A stretch of DNA of 64,000 bases from Fibrobacteria bacterium (lineage in GTDB: Bacteria > Fibrobacterota > Fibrobacteria > UBA11236): the NCBI GenBank assembly GCA_041746255.1, contig JBGTHM010000125.1:32001-96000 (forward strand), read 5' to 3'. Each line of letters begins with the position of its first letter. Position 1 is the first letter of the stretch. Shown here in pieces: positions 47,114 to 55,419 of this stretch. A model generated the notes under the pieces. The model was not told the DNA's origin, searched no databases, and saw only the letters and a list, made by a program, of their open reading frames with translations. The position numbers were made by a program, and so were the translations under genes.

Positions 47114-49869
47114 GCAATCAAGTCTTATCGAAACTGGGATACGGACTATTGCTGGTTGCATCGGTATTTATCCTACAATTTTGCACTCAACCCGAATCAG
47201 AACCCAAATCCCCTCGAGTACTTTCTTTTAATCTTAATGATTCCTTAGAGCGATACGATAGCTTGTCCCTGATACTAGCCGATGAATTTGGAAAGCCCAT
47301 CGACACGATTTTTTCAGGGCGGGTTACCCAGGAAACATCCATAAAAAAGTACACGCTCCCGTCAGGATTGAATCGGTTTCAGATAATCCGTACAGGATGG
47401 AAATCCGATGGAATCGACGTAAAGACGCTAATCTATTCCGGAACGGAATTGACTGAAGAAGTCTTCACATCCCAATCTTTGGTGCCTGGAAAGGACCCGT
47501 TAAATACAGGGAATAAACCCGGGGTGAAATTGGATTCAATTCGTGTCGGAAAATTCGTGGAGGGGCTAATTGGTAGGATCGAGTTTTGGGGGCGTTCCGA
47601 GTCAAAATCGAGTCGTATCGAAGTGGTAAAGAAACCGGAAGCGGCGGACTTTGAGTTTACGGAAAAACAGGGAAGTTTCAGTGCCGTACTGGAATGGAAA
47701 CCCAACGAGACGGATATAGGTGAGCACGCATTGGTGTTCCGGATTTTGGATAGTGTGGCCGCAATGGATACGGTATTGAAGGTGACGGTATCCGGTGCTT
47801 ATTCGCTGAATCTTTCTTCGCAGGGAGATGGGGAAGTGAGGCCATCGGGGAAGCATAAGGCGATTGGGCCTTTGGGGGTGAGGGCAATCGCAGGCCCGGG
47901 CGCCTTTTTCCAAAAGTGGCTCATAGTCAGCGGCAAACCGGAAATAGACGATGTTTTCCAAGATTCCACCCGGATTACCCTACGCGAGGGCGATGTGCAA
48001 GTCGTCGCCGTTTTCAACGCCACCCCTCCCCCCAAAGTTCATTTTACTTCGCCTACGGCGGGGCTGAAATTCCAAAAGGATATTCCCATCGAAGTGAAGG
48101 TGAATGTGAATGATTCGGGTGGAAAGATCAGCCGCATGGTGCTGACTTGGCGGAACCTAACTTATGGTAAGGAAGCGGAGATTCCCATGGAAAAACCTCC
48201 ATTCGAGCGCTCCTTGGATTCACTTCTCGGCGGTAGCTATGCTTTAATCGTAAGTGCTTTGGGCGAGAATGGCGCAGAAGGACGTGACTCCCTCAATTTC
48301 AGCATCCACTCTCCGCCCATGGTGAAAATGCAATCCACACACGTTTCGGTGGCTGCCGGAGATTCGGCACGCTTTCAATCCCAATTGGCCGAAGGCGCCT
48401 ACCCGGAACCCGTTTATCAGTGGAAAAGGGAAAATAAGACCCTGCCGGAATCGGGAGCTGAACTCCTTTTTCCTTCTGTCGCATACGGCGACGAGGGAAC
48501 CTATTCGCTGCTGGTTTCCAACGAAGCGGGTTCGATGGAATTAAAGGACTTAACCCTTGAAGTCAAAGACGTGATCCCACCGAAGCTGGCGCTGGTTGGC
48601 GCGGTCGACACAGTAATCGCCATCAATTCCTTTTTCGCCGAACCCGGGGTTAAGGCGACGGATGATAAGGATGGCGAGATTACCGACCGAATTCGGGTGA
48701 GCGGCGCAGTTAATCCCCAGAAAATCGGGAAATACTCCCTGACCTATACCGTTGAGGATATGGCGAAAAATTCCACGTCGATGGTAAGAACGGTAATAGT
48801 CGCGGGATGGGCGCTGGTGGATTCGACGAAGATCTGTTGTTCAACTTATATGGCGGGTATTGCGGCGAATGAAGATGGCGATCTCTTTCTTGCCTATTTG
48901 GACCGGTTGAACACGGTTCATTTGTTGAAAAAACCTGCGGTCGGGGATTGGGTGGAATTGGCTGCGATGAAGGTCAGTGAAGATGTGAGGTCGGTGCGGA
49001 TTAAGGTTTCACCCTTAGATAGACTACCTCGTATTGCATCATTGGCATGGAGTTCTGGCATAAAGTCGTATAAATGGAATGGGCATCAATTGGAGCAAAC
49101 ACACGATTTTTCCACTTATGTGCCCGACAATACAGAAGCGTTTGATTTTGCAATTTCACCCGTTACCGGCTTTCCTGTTTTTTTGTTTTCTAAGGATTGG
49201 AGTGCGCGTTGGTATACATCAGAAAAAATCGATTCTCCTCTTTTTGAACCCCAAGGGTTTATAGCAGATTATGCCGGTGATGATGTGTTTTCCATAAGTA
49301 TGTCCCGGCAAGGAATTCCCTACATAACCTTTAACCTTGGGGATAACAAGGTTGTGGTTTACAAATATGTAGGGGAGAGTTGGGAACAAGTGGGTCCTGT
49401 AGTTGCGGATTATTCCCAATATCCCTCGAATGGAAAAAGAAAACAAATCAAGTTGGATGCTGACGGGAGGCCTATAATCGCCATCTTTCCCGAAGGAAAG
49501 GCCCCTACGGTATTTCGCCTGGCTTCGCAGTGGTGGGCAAACCTTTCGGGAATAGAAGACGAGAAGTTACAGTCCTGCAAAGGTGGAGCCTTGACCGTAG
49601 ACGCAGGGAATTCACCCGTAATCGCCTGCATTCAGGAATCTCAGGGGGCGTACAACGGAATCGTGGTCAAGCAATATCGGAAAGACAAATGGATATCAAT
49701 GCCGGAGACTGATCCTTCCGTCTTGTGGCTGGGTCATTCCCTTAACTTCCATAAACTTGCTCTTGAGGTTTCACCAGAGGGGGACCTTTATTTAGCGGCA
49801 GCGGAAGGGAATGGCTCCACCGATAGAATTTATGTCTGGAAATACCATGATCCGTCGACATTGAAATAA
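47110..49869 (+). CDS. Large putative lipoprotein with Ig-like/DUF5011 domains and a C-terminal beta-propeller-like region
   Basis: Lipobox-like ILQFC; YQWKRE...GTYSLLVSNEAG (Ig); DVIPPKLALVG...EPGVKATDDKDG...YTVEDMAKN (DUF5011-like); repeated G.P.IA/W units. Confidence 0.75.
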   Translation: MSNQVLSKLGYGLLLVASVFILQFCTQPESEPKSPRVLSFNLNDSLERYDSLSLILADEFGKPIDTIFSGRVTQETSIKKYTLPSGLNRFQIIRTGWKSDGIDVKTLIYSGTELTEEVFTSQSLVPGKDPLNTGNKPGVKLDSIRVGKFVEGLIGRIEFWGRSESKSSRIEVVKKPEAADFEFTEKQGSFSAVLEWKPNETDIGEHALVFRILDSVAAMDTVLKVTVSGAYSLNLSSQGDGEVRPSGKHKAIGPLGVRAIAGPGAFFQKWLIVSGKPEIDDVFQDSTRITLREGDVQVVAVFNATPPPKVHFTSPTAGLKFQKDIPIEVKVNVNDSGGKISRMVLTWRNLTYGKEAEIPMEKPPFERSLDSLLGGSYALIVSALGENGAEGRDSLNFSIHSPPMVKMQSTHVSVAAGDSARFQSQLAEGAYPEPVYQWKRENKTLPESGAELLFPSVAYGDEGTYSLLVSNEAGSMELKDLTLEVKDVIPPKLALVGAVDTVIAINSFFAEPGVKATDDKDGEITDRIRVSGAVNPQKIGKYSLTYTVEDMAKNSTSMVRTVIVAGWALVDSTKICCSTYMAGIAANEDGDLFLAYLDRLNTVHLLKKPAVGDWVELAAMKVSEDVRSVRIKVSPLDRLPRIASLAWSSGIKSYKWNGHQLEQTHDFSTYVPDNTEAFDFAISPVTGFPVFLFSKDWSARWYTSEKIDSPLFEPQGFIADYAGDDVFSISMSRQGIPYITFNLGDNKVVVYKYVGESWEQVGPVVADYSQYPSNGKRKQIKLDADGRPIIAIFPEGKAPTVFRLASQWWANLSGIEDEKLQSCKGGALTVDAGNSPVIACIQESQGAYNGIVVKQYRKDKWISMPETDPSVLWLGHSLNFHKLALEVSPEGDLYLAAAEGNGSTDRIYVWKYHDPSTLK

Positions 49870-49957
49870 TTCGGATCATTTTTCCGCATCGAGCAGAATC
49901 TACCCAGGCATCCTGCGCCATGGGATCAAATCAACTTGGGGGCAAATTTACCCGCCC

Positions 49958-49979
49958 AACTTAACATATATGATAAGTT
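49958..49979. promoter_or_regulatory. 22-bp near-perfect palindrome, candidate operator
   Basis: aacttaacatatatgataagtt equals its reverse complement except at one symmetric pair; about 120 bp upstream of the Hcp-fusion ATG. Confidence 0.4.
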
Positions 49980-50099
49980 CGAGCGGAATATTTCTTGGGA
50001 TTAGTGACCACCGTCACCCGGCCCTCCCTCACTCCGAAGCCATGTTGGTATCTTTCCGTACTCGAACCCGTTGACCCGATTCCCTTTCTCGATTAAGCC

Positions 50100-52007
50100 A
50101 TGCCGCTCAAAACCTATATCCGCCTTGCCGGCGTAAACGGATTCTTTCCCGGCCCCATCGACTTGCCCCGCCGTGAGAATTGCTATCCGCTGCTGGAAGG
50201 CGCGCACTCCGTGCGCATGTTGCGACAGCGCAGCAACGGATTTACCGGCACCCGCCACCTCCGCTTCCACGAACCTTTTTTCGCCTCCTTTCCCCTGGAT
50301 AAAGCCTACCCTTCGTTGATGCAATGCCTGTGCCATAGCGGCACTTTGCCTCTGGTGGAAATTTCGCTGTGGGATTTGGTGGAAGGGAGCTTCGAGGAGG
50401 AGCCGAAGGAAAAACGGATTTTCCTTTATACGCTGGAAAATGTGAAACTGACCCAGGTGCGCACGCTGATGCGCGTTGCAAAGCTGGACGGAAAATTGCT
50501 ACAAGCGCGCGTGGCGATGGTCTATGACAAGGTGACGTGGCTGCATGACGAGGGCTATCTCCTTTTCTGGGATAGCTTGAAGGATACGGGCAAGGAGGAG
50601 GCCAAGGAGGAGCCCGATCGGGGCGACGCGGAACCCGCGCCGGCTCCGGTTAAAAAGGTGGTCGAGGTGTTGCTGCAAAATCCCGTATGGGATTCGACGG
50701 AAGTGGGCTTCAATGAAGAAGCCACGCTGTCGGTGGAATGCCAATTGCCGGAGGAACATAAAAACCGCAAGCGAGTACAGTTCGTGCTTTTCGCCAAGAC
50801 CCCGAACGGTCCCGAGCAAATCGCCAAAGCCGACGGATTCACGGAAAACGGTCGTGCGACTTGTAAGATGCCGGTGTTTAAGCCTCAATATCACGGGAAC
50901 GGTGAGGCTCCGAAAGAAGTGGAATATTTTTTCACCGCCAAACATACGCTGTCGGAGCCGTTGGATTCGGGGGCCAAGCCCGAAGGCGTGAAGTCGGTGG
51001 ATAAGATGGCGGAACCGCTGATCGACACGCATGTGGTGGTGGGCGTAACGTTTGGATTCGATTCGAGTTTTCTGCACCCGGACCAGATTCCAAAGTTGAA
51101 AGAATTGTGCGAGAAAATCGGGGCTTGGAGGAAGAGTTATCCCGACGGTAAGATGGCGTTGTTCGGGCATACGGATGCAGTGGGTAAGGAGTCCTACAAC
51201 AAGGGGCTGTCGGAGCGGCGGGCGCGTTCGGTTTATGCGTTTTTGATGGGCGATTCGAGCGTGTGGGAGAATTTGCACAAGGAGGAGAATTGGAGTTTCG
51301 CCTGCACGCAAGCTTTGGTGAAGCAGGCGGGTTACGATCCCGGGGCGATTGACGGGTCGGATGGGCCGAAGACGCAAGGGGCGGTGAAGGGTTTTCAGGA
51401 ATCACAGGGGCTTAAGGCCGATGGGATTGCGGGACCCAAGACGCGGGAGGCATTGTTTACTGGGTTTCTCGACGCAGTGCCGGAATTCAAGGGTCTGGGC
51501 TTGAAGACGAAGAATTTTGACAAGGTGGACGGGCAGCCGAATATGGGTTGCAGCGAGTTCAACCGGGTGGAGGTCGTGGAGGGTAGGAGTGAGGCCAACC
51601 GGCGGGTAACGGTTTTGTTGGTGAAATCGAGCCAGACCTTTCCGATGGAGTATCCCTGTAAGCGCGGGAATATCGGGCCGTGCCAGAGTCAGGTAAAGAA
51701 GGCGGGAGAGCGGCGGACTAAGGGGTTCGGGTGTAAGTTTTATGATGGGTTGGTGGTGGAGGCGGTGATTTCACCTTCTGGGAGTCAGACATCGAAACCA
51801 CAAAATCGCCGGATTCGGATTCTGGATTTGGATGGAAACCCCTTACCCGATGCGGGTTTGTGTATGGACAATGGGGATAAATTGTCTCCCGATAACGAGG
51901 GCTGGTGTGAACTGACCCCGGAATACGGGTCCGCTACCGAATTTCACGTGGATACCCAGGCGATCGCAATGTATTGGAATTTGAATAAAAATGAGGGGAT
52001 AGCTTAA
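50100..52007 (+). CDS. Hcp (TssD)-like domain fused to an OmpA-like domain with an inserted peptidoglycan-binding domain and a short C-terminal beta module
   Basis: Residues 1-160 follow the Hcp1 pattern (Y.RL.G; H.V; R.HEPF; DKAYP.L...L; YTLENV; V.M.YDKVTW.H). OmpA-like FGFDSS, FGHTDAVG...YN..LS.RRA, NRRV. PG-binding GYDPGAIDG.DGPKT..AVK.FQ...GL..DGIAGPKT. Confidence 0.8.
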   Translation: MPLKTYIRLAGVNGFFPGPIDLPRRENCYPLLEGAHSVRMLRQRSNGFTGTRHLRFHEPFFASFPLDKAYPSLMQCLCHSGTLPLVEISLWDLVEGSFEEEPKEKRIFLYTLENVKLTQVRTLMRVAKLDGKLLQARVAMVYDKVTWLHDEGYLLFWDSLKDTGKEEAKEEPDRGDAEPAPAPVKKVVEVLLQNPVWDSTEVGFNEEATLSVECQLPEEHKNRKRVQFVLFAKTPNGPEQIAKADGFTENGRATCKMPVFKPQYHGNGEAPKEVEYFFTAKHTLSEPLDSGAKPEGVKSVDKMAEPLIDTHVVVGVTFGFDSSFLHPDQIPKLKELCEKIGAWRKSYPDGKMALFGHTDAVGKESYNKGLSERRARSVYAFLMGDSSVWENLHKEENWSFACTQALVKQAGYDPGAIDGSDGPKTQGAVKGFQESQGLKADGIAGPKTREALFTGFLDAVPEFKGLGLKTKNFDKVDGQPNMGCSEFNRVEVVEGRSEANRRVTVLLVKSSQTFPMEYPCKRGNIGPCQSQVKKAGERRTKGFGCKFYDGLVVEAVISPSGSQTSKPQNRRIRILDLDGNPLPDAGLCMDNGDKLSPDNEGWCELTPEYGSATEFHVDTQAIAMYWNLNKNEGIA

Positions 52008-52008
52008 G

Positions 52009-53280
52009 ATGAGTGAGAAATCCAAATCTTCCAGTTCACGAGTTGAAGTTTTCTCGAATCAGCCTTTTCAGTTGCAAGAGAATCAAAACGATGTCGACGT
52101 GGTGGTTATTCACAAGCAGGAATTGAAATTCCAAAACCTTTCGGTGGATTCGACCACTCCGAGCCTTACCGTTCAAGTGAATTCGGATGGACGGACAAGG
52201 CTTCATTATGTTCCTGAAACCAAGGTCGCCGGAGAAAGAATATCGATAAAAGGTCCAGATTTGTGTGAAATTTGGTTTCCCCGGCCCGTTAATGAAAATA
52301 CGGAATTTCTTTTTTCAGGAATTTCCAAGCCTTTTTCCATGAACATACCTTCGCGTTTCATCAATCCGGCCGACCCGATGTACTTCATGTACGGAGAGCT
52401 ACCGGGATTTACTTCTAAGCCGTCGACACCTGCTATTACCCCTTCTTCCATGGGCAAAGTTCCTCCCGGATTGGAGGATTTATTCATTACTGTGGCGGAC
52501 ACCGACAACACACTGGTTGCTGGTGAATTCCGCGAGGGGTTGAACCGTGTTGAAGATTTGAGGGAAAAGCAGAAAGGGCTTTTGGAAATATTGTTGTTGA
52601 ATACCATTTCCAATAAAAACTTGGCCGGTGCGGCAGGTCAAGTTATCGACAACTTTGGCTTGCTTTCGGATTTTGCACGTGGCGGAAGATTTTACATCAA
52701 AATAACAGATGGAAAATACTATGTCATTTTCAAGGGATACCCTGGGCTGCGGCGAATCTATACGAGTTCAAGATATCGTTTGGACAAGAATTTCACCAAG
52801 TTTTCGATGCTGACAATCGCGCAGGGCGTGACGCCTGCCCTGAAATCGGCCATCCCCAGATTGAGTAAAGGGAGTACCATCGGTTTACTATGGGTTGGTA
52901 GCACAAATACCTATTCCTGGCTGCAGGAGGATGAAAAATTCCTCAGCGATTTATTGATTCAAATGGGATCGGATATAGTTAAGGCGGTGGCAAGTACCAT
53001 TGCCGCTGCGTTAATAATAGCAATCGGAATAGTCTTCACCGGGACGTCCTTGGCGATCTTTACATTAATTATAGGAACAATATTTTTTGGATTTGCTATC
53101 GGTATGGGCCTGGACATAATCGATAACTGGCTAGGTGTTACTGATATAGTCAAAAAATATGGCAGGAAAATAAGCGCCCCTCTCGCGCCGCTTTGGAGAT
53201 CCTATATCGATGAGCCGCTTTCCAGTTTTTTACAAAAGGCAAGTTGGGAAGTCATGCGAATTGATTTGAGGTCGCCATGA
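52009..53280 (+). CDS. Putative membrane-acting toxin/effector (hydrophobic C-terminal hairpin)
   Basis: Starts 1 nt after the Hcp-fusion stop; no signal peptide; IFKGYPGLRRI motif; ~50-aa hydrophobic stretch near the C-terminus resembling pore-forming toxin hairpins. Confidence 0.55.
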   Translation: MSEKSKSSSSRVEVFSNQPFQLQENQNDVDVVVIHKQELKFQNLSVDSTTPSLTVQVNSDGRTRLHYVPETKVAGERISIKGPDLCEIWFPRPVNENTEFLFSGISKPFSMNIPSRFINPADPMYFMYGELPGFTSKPSTPAITPSSMGKVPPGLEDLFITVADTDNTLVAGEFREGLNRVEDLREKQKGLLEILLLNTISNKNLAGAAGQVIDNFGLLSDFARGGRFYIKITDGKYYVIFKGYPGLRRIYTSSRYRLDKNFTKFSMLTIAQGVTPALKSAIPRLSKGSTIGLLWVGSTNTYSWLQEDEKFLSDLLIQMGSDIVKAVASTIAAALIIAIGIVFTGTSLAIFTLIIGTIFFGFAIGMGLDIIDNWLGVTDIVKKYGRKISAPLAPLWRSYIDEPLSSFLQKASWEVMRIDLRSP

Positions 53281-54050
53281 AAGGCTCCTTGCCTGTTGCA
53301 TTAAGGTCCGAAAAAGATTTTCGGAATAGCATACGCATCGGAATCATTCCTACTTCGGTGTTTTTTTTGCTATTGCTTTTGTATTACCCTATTTCGATAG
53401 CTATGTTTATTTATTTTCCGTTCATAATTGCACATATCATTGTTATTTATATATCGAAGGATTCCTTTGGACTGCTAGCCCATCACAGGCTATTTCCTTC
53501 CATACTATTTGTGGCATGGCCTTACCTTTTTTGCTTGTTATACATCGCGTATGCAGGGAAGGCAACGCAATATCATCCGATCTATTTCCCCTCCCTTCTT
53601 GCATTGGGAAGCTTTTCATTTATTTTGACATTCTACTTCGGATTTAAGGATTGCCTGGCATTGGATGAAAAATCCGTTGAAAAACGCCTGAGGTCCGTGG
53701 ATTGGGAAACAGGAATTTATGATGTCGAAACCCATTCCCTTGAATCGGTAAATATATTCGGAGTAATAGTTGAAAGCTTTCCGACCTGGAAATTGGTTTA
53801 CCAGATTGGGTTAATCCTCTCCCCGGGTCCAATTATACTTTTTACTGCCAAACACATTTCGGGACACCTCGTATCAATAATTATGGTAGCAGTTGGGTGG
53901 GGAGGGGCCATACTATTTGGTGGAATATCGATAGAGTTAATCTATGATGCTTGGTTCTTGCGTAAAATGGAAAAAGAAAAAGGCGTTCGACTGGTTTTAT
54001 CGAATTCTACCCGTGCAAATGAAATTTTTAAAAAAACTCGGGATGAATGA
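53277..54050 (+). CDS. Multi-pass membrane protein, putative immunity protein
   Basis: ATGA overlap with the upstream gene; about 5-6 hydrophobic segments; visibly AT-rich DNA. Confidence 0.55.
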   Translation: MKGSLPVALRSEKDFRNSIRIGIIPTSVFFLLLLLYYPISIAMFIYFPFIIAHIIVIYISKDSFGLLAHHRLFPSILFVAWPYLFCLLYIAYAGKATQYHPIYFPSLLALGSFSFILTFYFGFKDCLALDEKSVEKRLRSVDWETGIYDVETHSLESVNIFGVIVESFPTWKLVYQIGLILSPGPIILFTAKHISGHLVSIIMVAVGWGGAILFGGISIELIYDAWFLRKMEKEKGVRLVLSNSTRANEIFKKTRDE

Positions 54051-54202
54051 ATTCAGAAAACTCTTTCGTCGGCAGTAACTCGGGCGGTAGCGGAATCGAA
54101 AGAGTATGCGGTACATTTTATTTAGAACGCCTAAAATAATGGATTAGTTATAAATATTGGTTAAAGGGGCGAAGAGGATTCCAGCCAACGAGGTGGGTTG
54201 AT

Positions 54203-55099
54203 TTGGTACAGAAACTGTTTCTATTCTCGGTTTTTCTTGGCAATATATGGGCGCAATCCGGTGAAGAAATCCTGGAAAAACACGGGCTTACGGACCCTGA
54301 TTTCAAACTGGACGGTTTGGATTTCTCCTCCTTAACTAAAACAGTCGACTCCAGCGTGTATTTCTATCAGGGTACTACCAATCGTTTGGATAGTATGCAT
54401 CAGCTTTATGAATTTATGTCGCCCGCACCTGAATACCGCAAGGCCACCTTTTCCTATGTAAAAAGCAAAATGGGTCGTTACGAACGTGAAATAAAGGTGG
54501 ATACAAAAACTAATGAAGTCATTTATGATGAAACTCGTCAATTCGACAAGCATGACAAACTTCTATCAGTGAATACGCTGTCCGAGTCAATGGGTAAATC
54601 CGTCCAGGGTAATACCTATGACGAGCGCGGCAATCGCATCAGGACCCTAAGTTTCAATAATGAAAATAAGGTCGTGGGAGATAATTCTTTCGAATATGAC
54701 TCCCAAAACCGTATGGTGAAATGGATAAATAACAGTTACACAAATGAACGATATCGCAAATATTACTACACAGATTTTGACAGTTTATCCGCGGAAAGCA
54801 ACGTCTACCCCGAAGAAAATCGAGAGGACATGTTTATCGTCTCTTTCTTCAACTCGGAAAAGTTACTCTGGAAATCAATCCACTATGCCTTTGACACGGT
54901 TCGGTCTCCACAACTTATTTGGTACCATCAATACGATTCTCTCCGAAGAAAGACTAACTCCTATCTCTTCCAGTGGCTGGACACCACCAAGCCTTGGCGT
55001 ATGGAGGATATGACCTTGAGGTGGCGTGAAACCTATGAAGATGATTCGCGAAACCGGCTGAAACGGAAAATCATTCGGGAAGTGGGTTTTGATGATTAG
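54203..55099 (+). CDS. Secreted protein with YD/RHS-like repeats
   Basis: Signal peptide; FDKHDKLL, YDERGNRI, YDSQNRMV, YDSLRRKT, DDSRNRL. Confidence 0.65.
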   Translation: MVQKLFLFSVFLGNIWAQSGEEILEKHGLTDPDFKLDGLDFSSLTKTVDSSVYFYQGTTNRLDSMHQLYEFMSPAPEYRKATFSYVKSKMGRYEREIKVDTKTNEVIYDETRQFDKHDKLLSVNTLSESMGKSVQGNTYDERGNRIRTLSFNNENKVVGDNSFEYDSQNRMVKWINNSYTNERYRKYYYTDFDSLSAESNVYPEENREDMFIVSFFNSEKLLWKSIHYAFDTVRSPQLIWYHQYDSLRRKTNSYLFQWLDTTKPWRMEDMTLRWRETYEDDSRNRLKRKIIREVGFDD

Positions 55100-55419
55100 G
55101 ACACAATTCTGCGCCCTGCGGCGCAGGTATGGAACAGTTCGCTGGTTATCCCGTAGCGCTGGCGGCAACCCATCGGGCAGGATGGAGTAGGTTTGTCGGC
55201 CTGATACACGCCGTTATTGTGTGGGACCTATCCCCGGGCATCCAGGAAATCGTCTATTTAGGGGAAATTAGGCGTTTACCCCCTTTGAATGCAGTCCCTA
55301 GCCTAAAAATTGAGGATATAGGCTTGCAGGGTATCGACTTAGGACCTTTTCTGCATTAAATTAAATTGAATAACCATCCCATTGGGACAATTACAATTTA
55401 CCTGACAGGGGGGGAGTCG

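Noticed and set aside
49959..49986. dif/Xer-like site
   Set aside because: One arm resembles XerD (acttaacatat), but there is no XerC-like arm at 6-bp spacing.
46400..55130. Mobile element call for the accessory region
   Set aside because: No integrase, transposase, tRNA target or flanking direct repeats seen; only composition and gene content suggest foreign origin.
55129..55359. 76-aa ORF between the YD gene and the dehydrogenase
   Set aside because: No motif or convincing RBS; cannot be supported as a gene.
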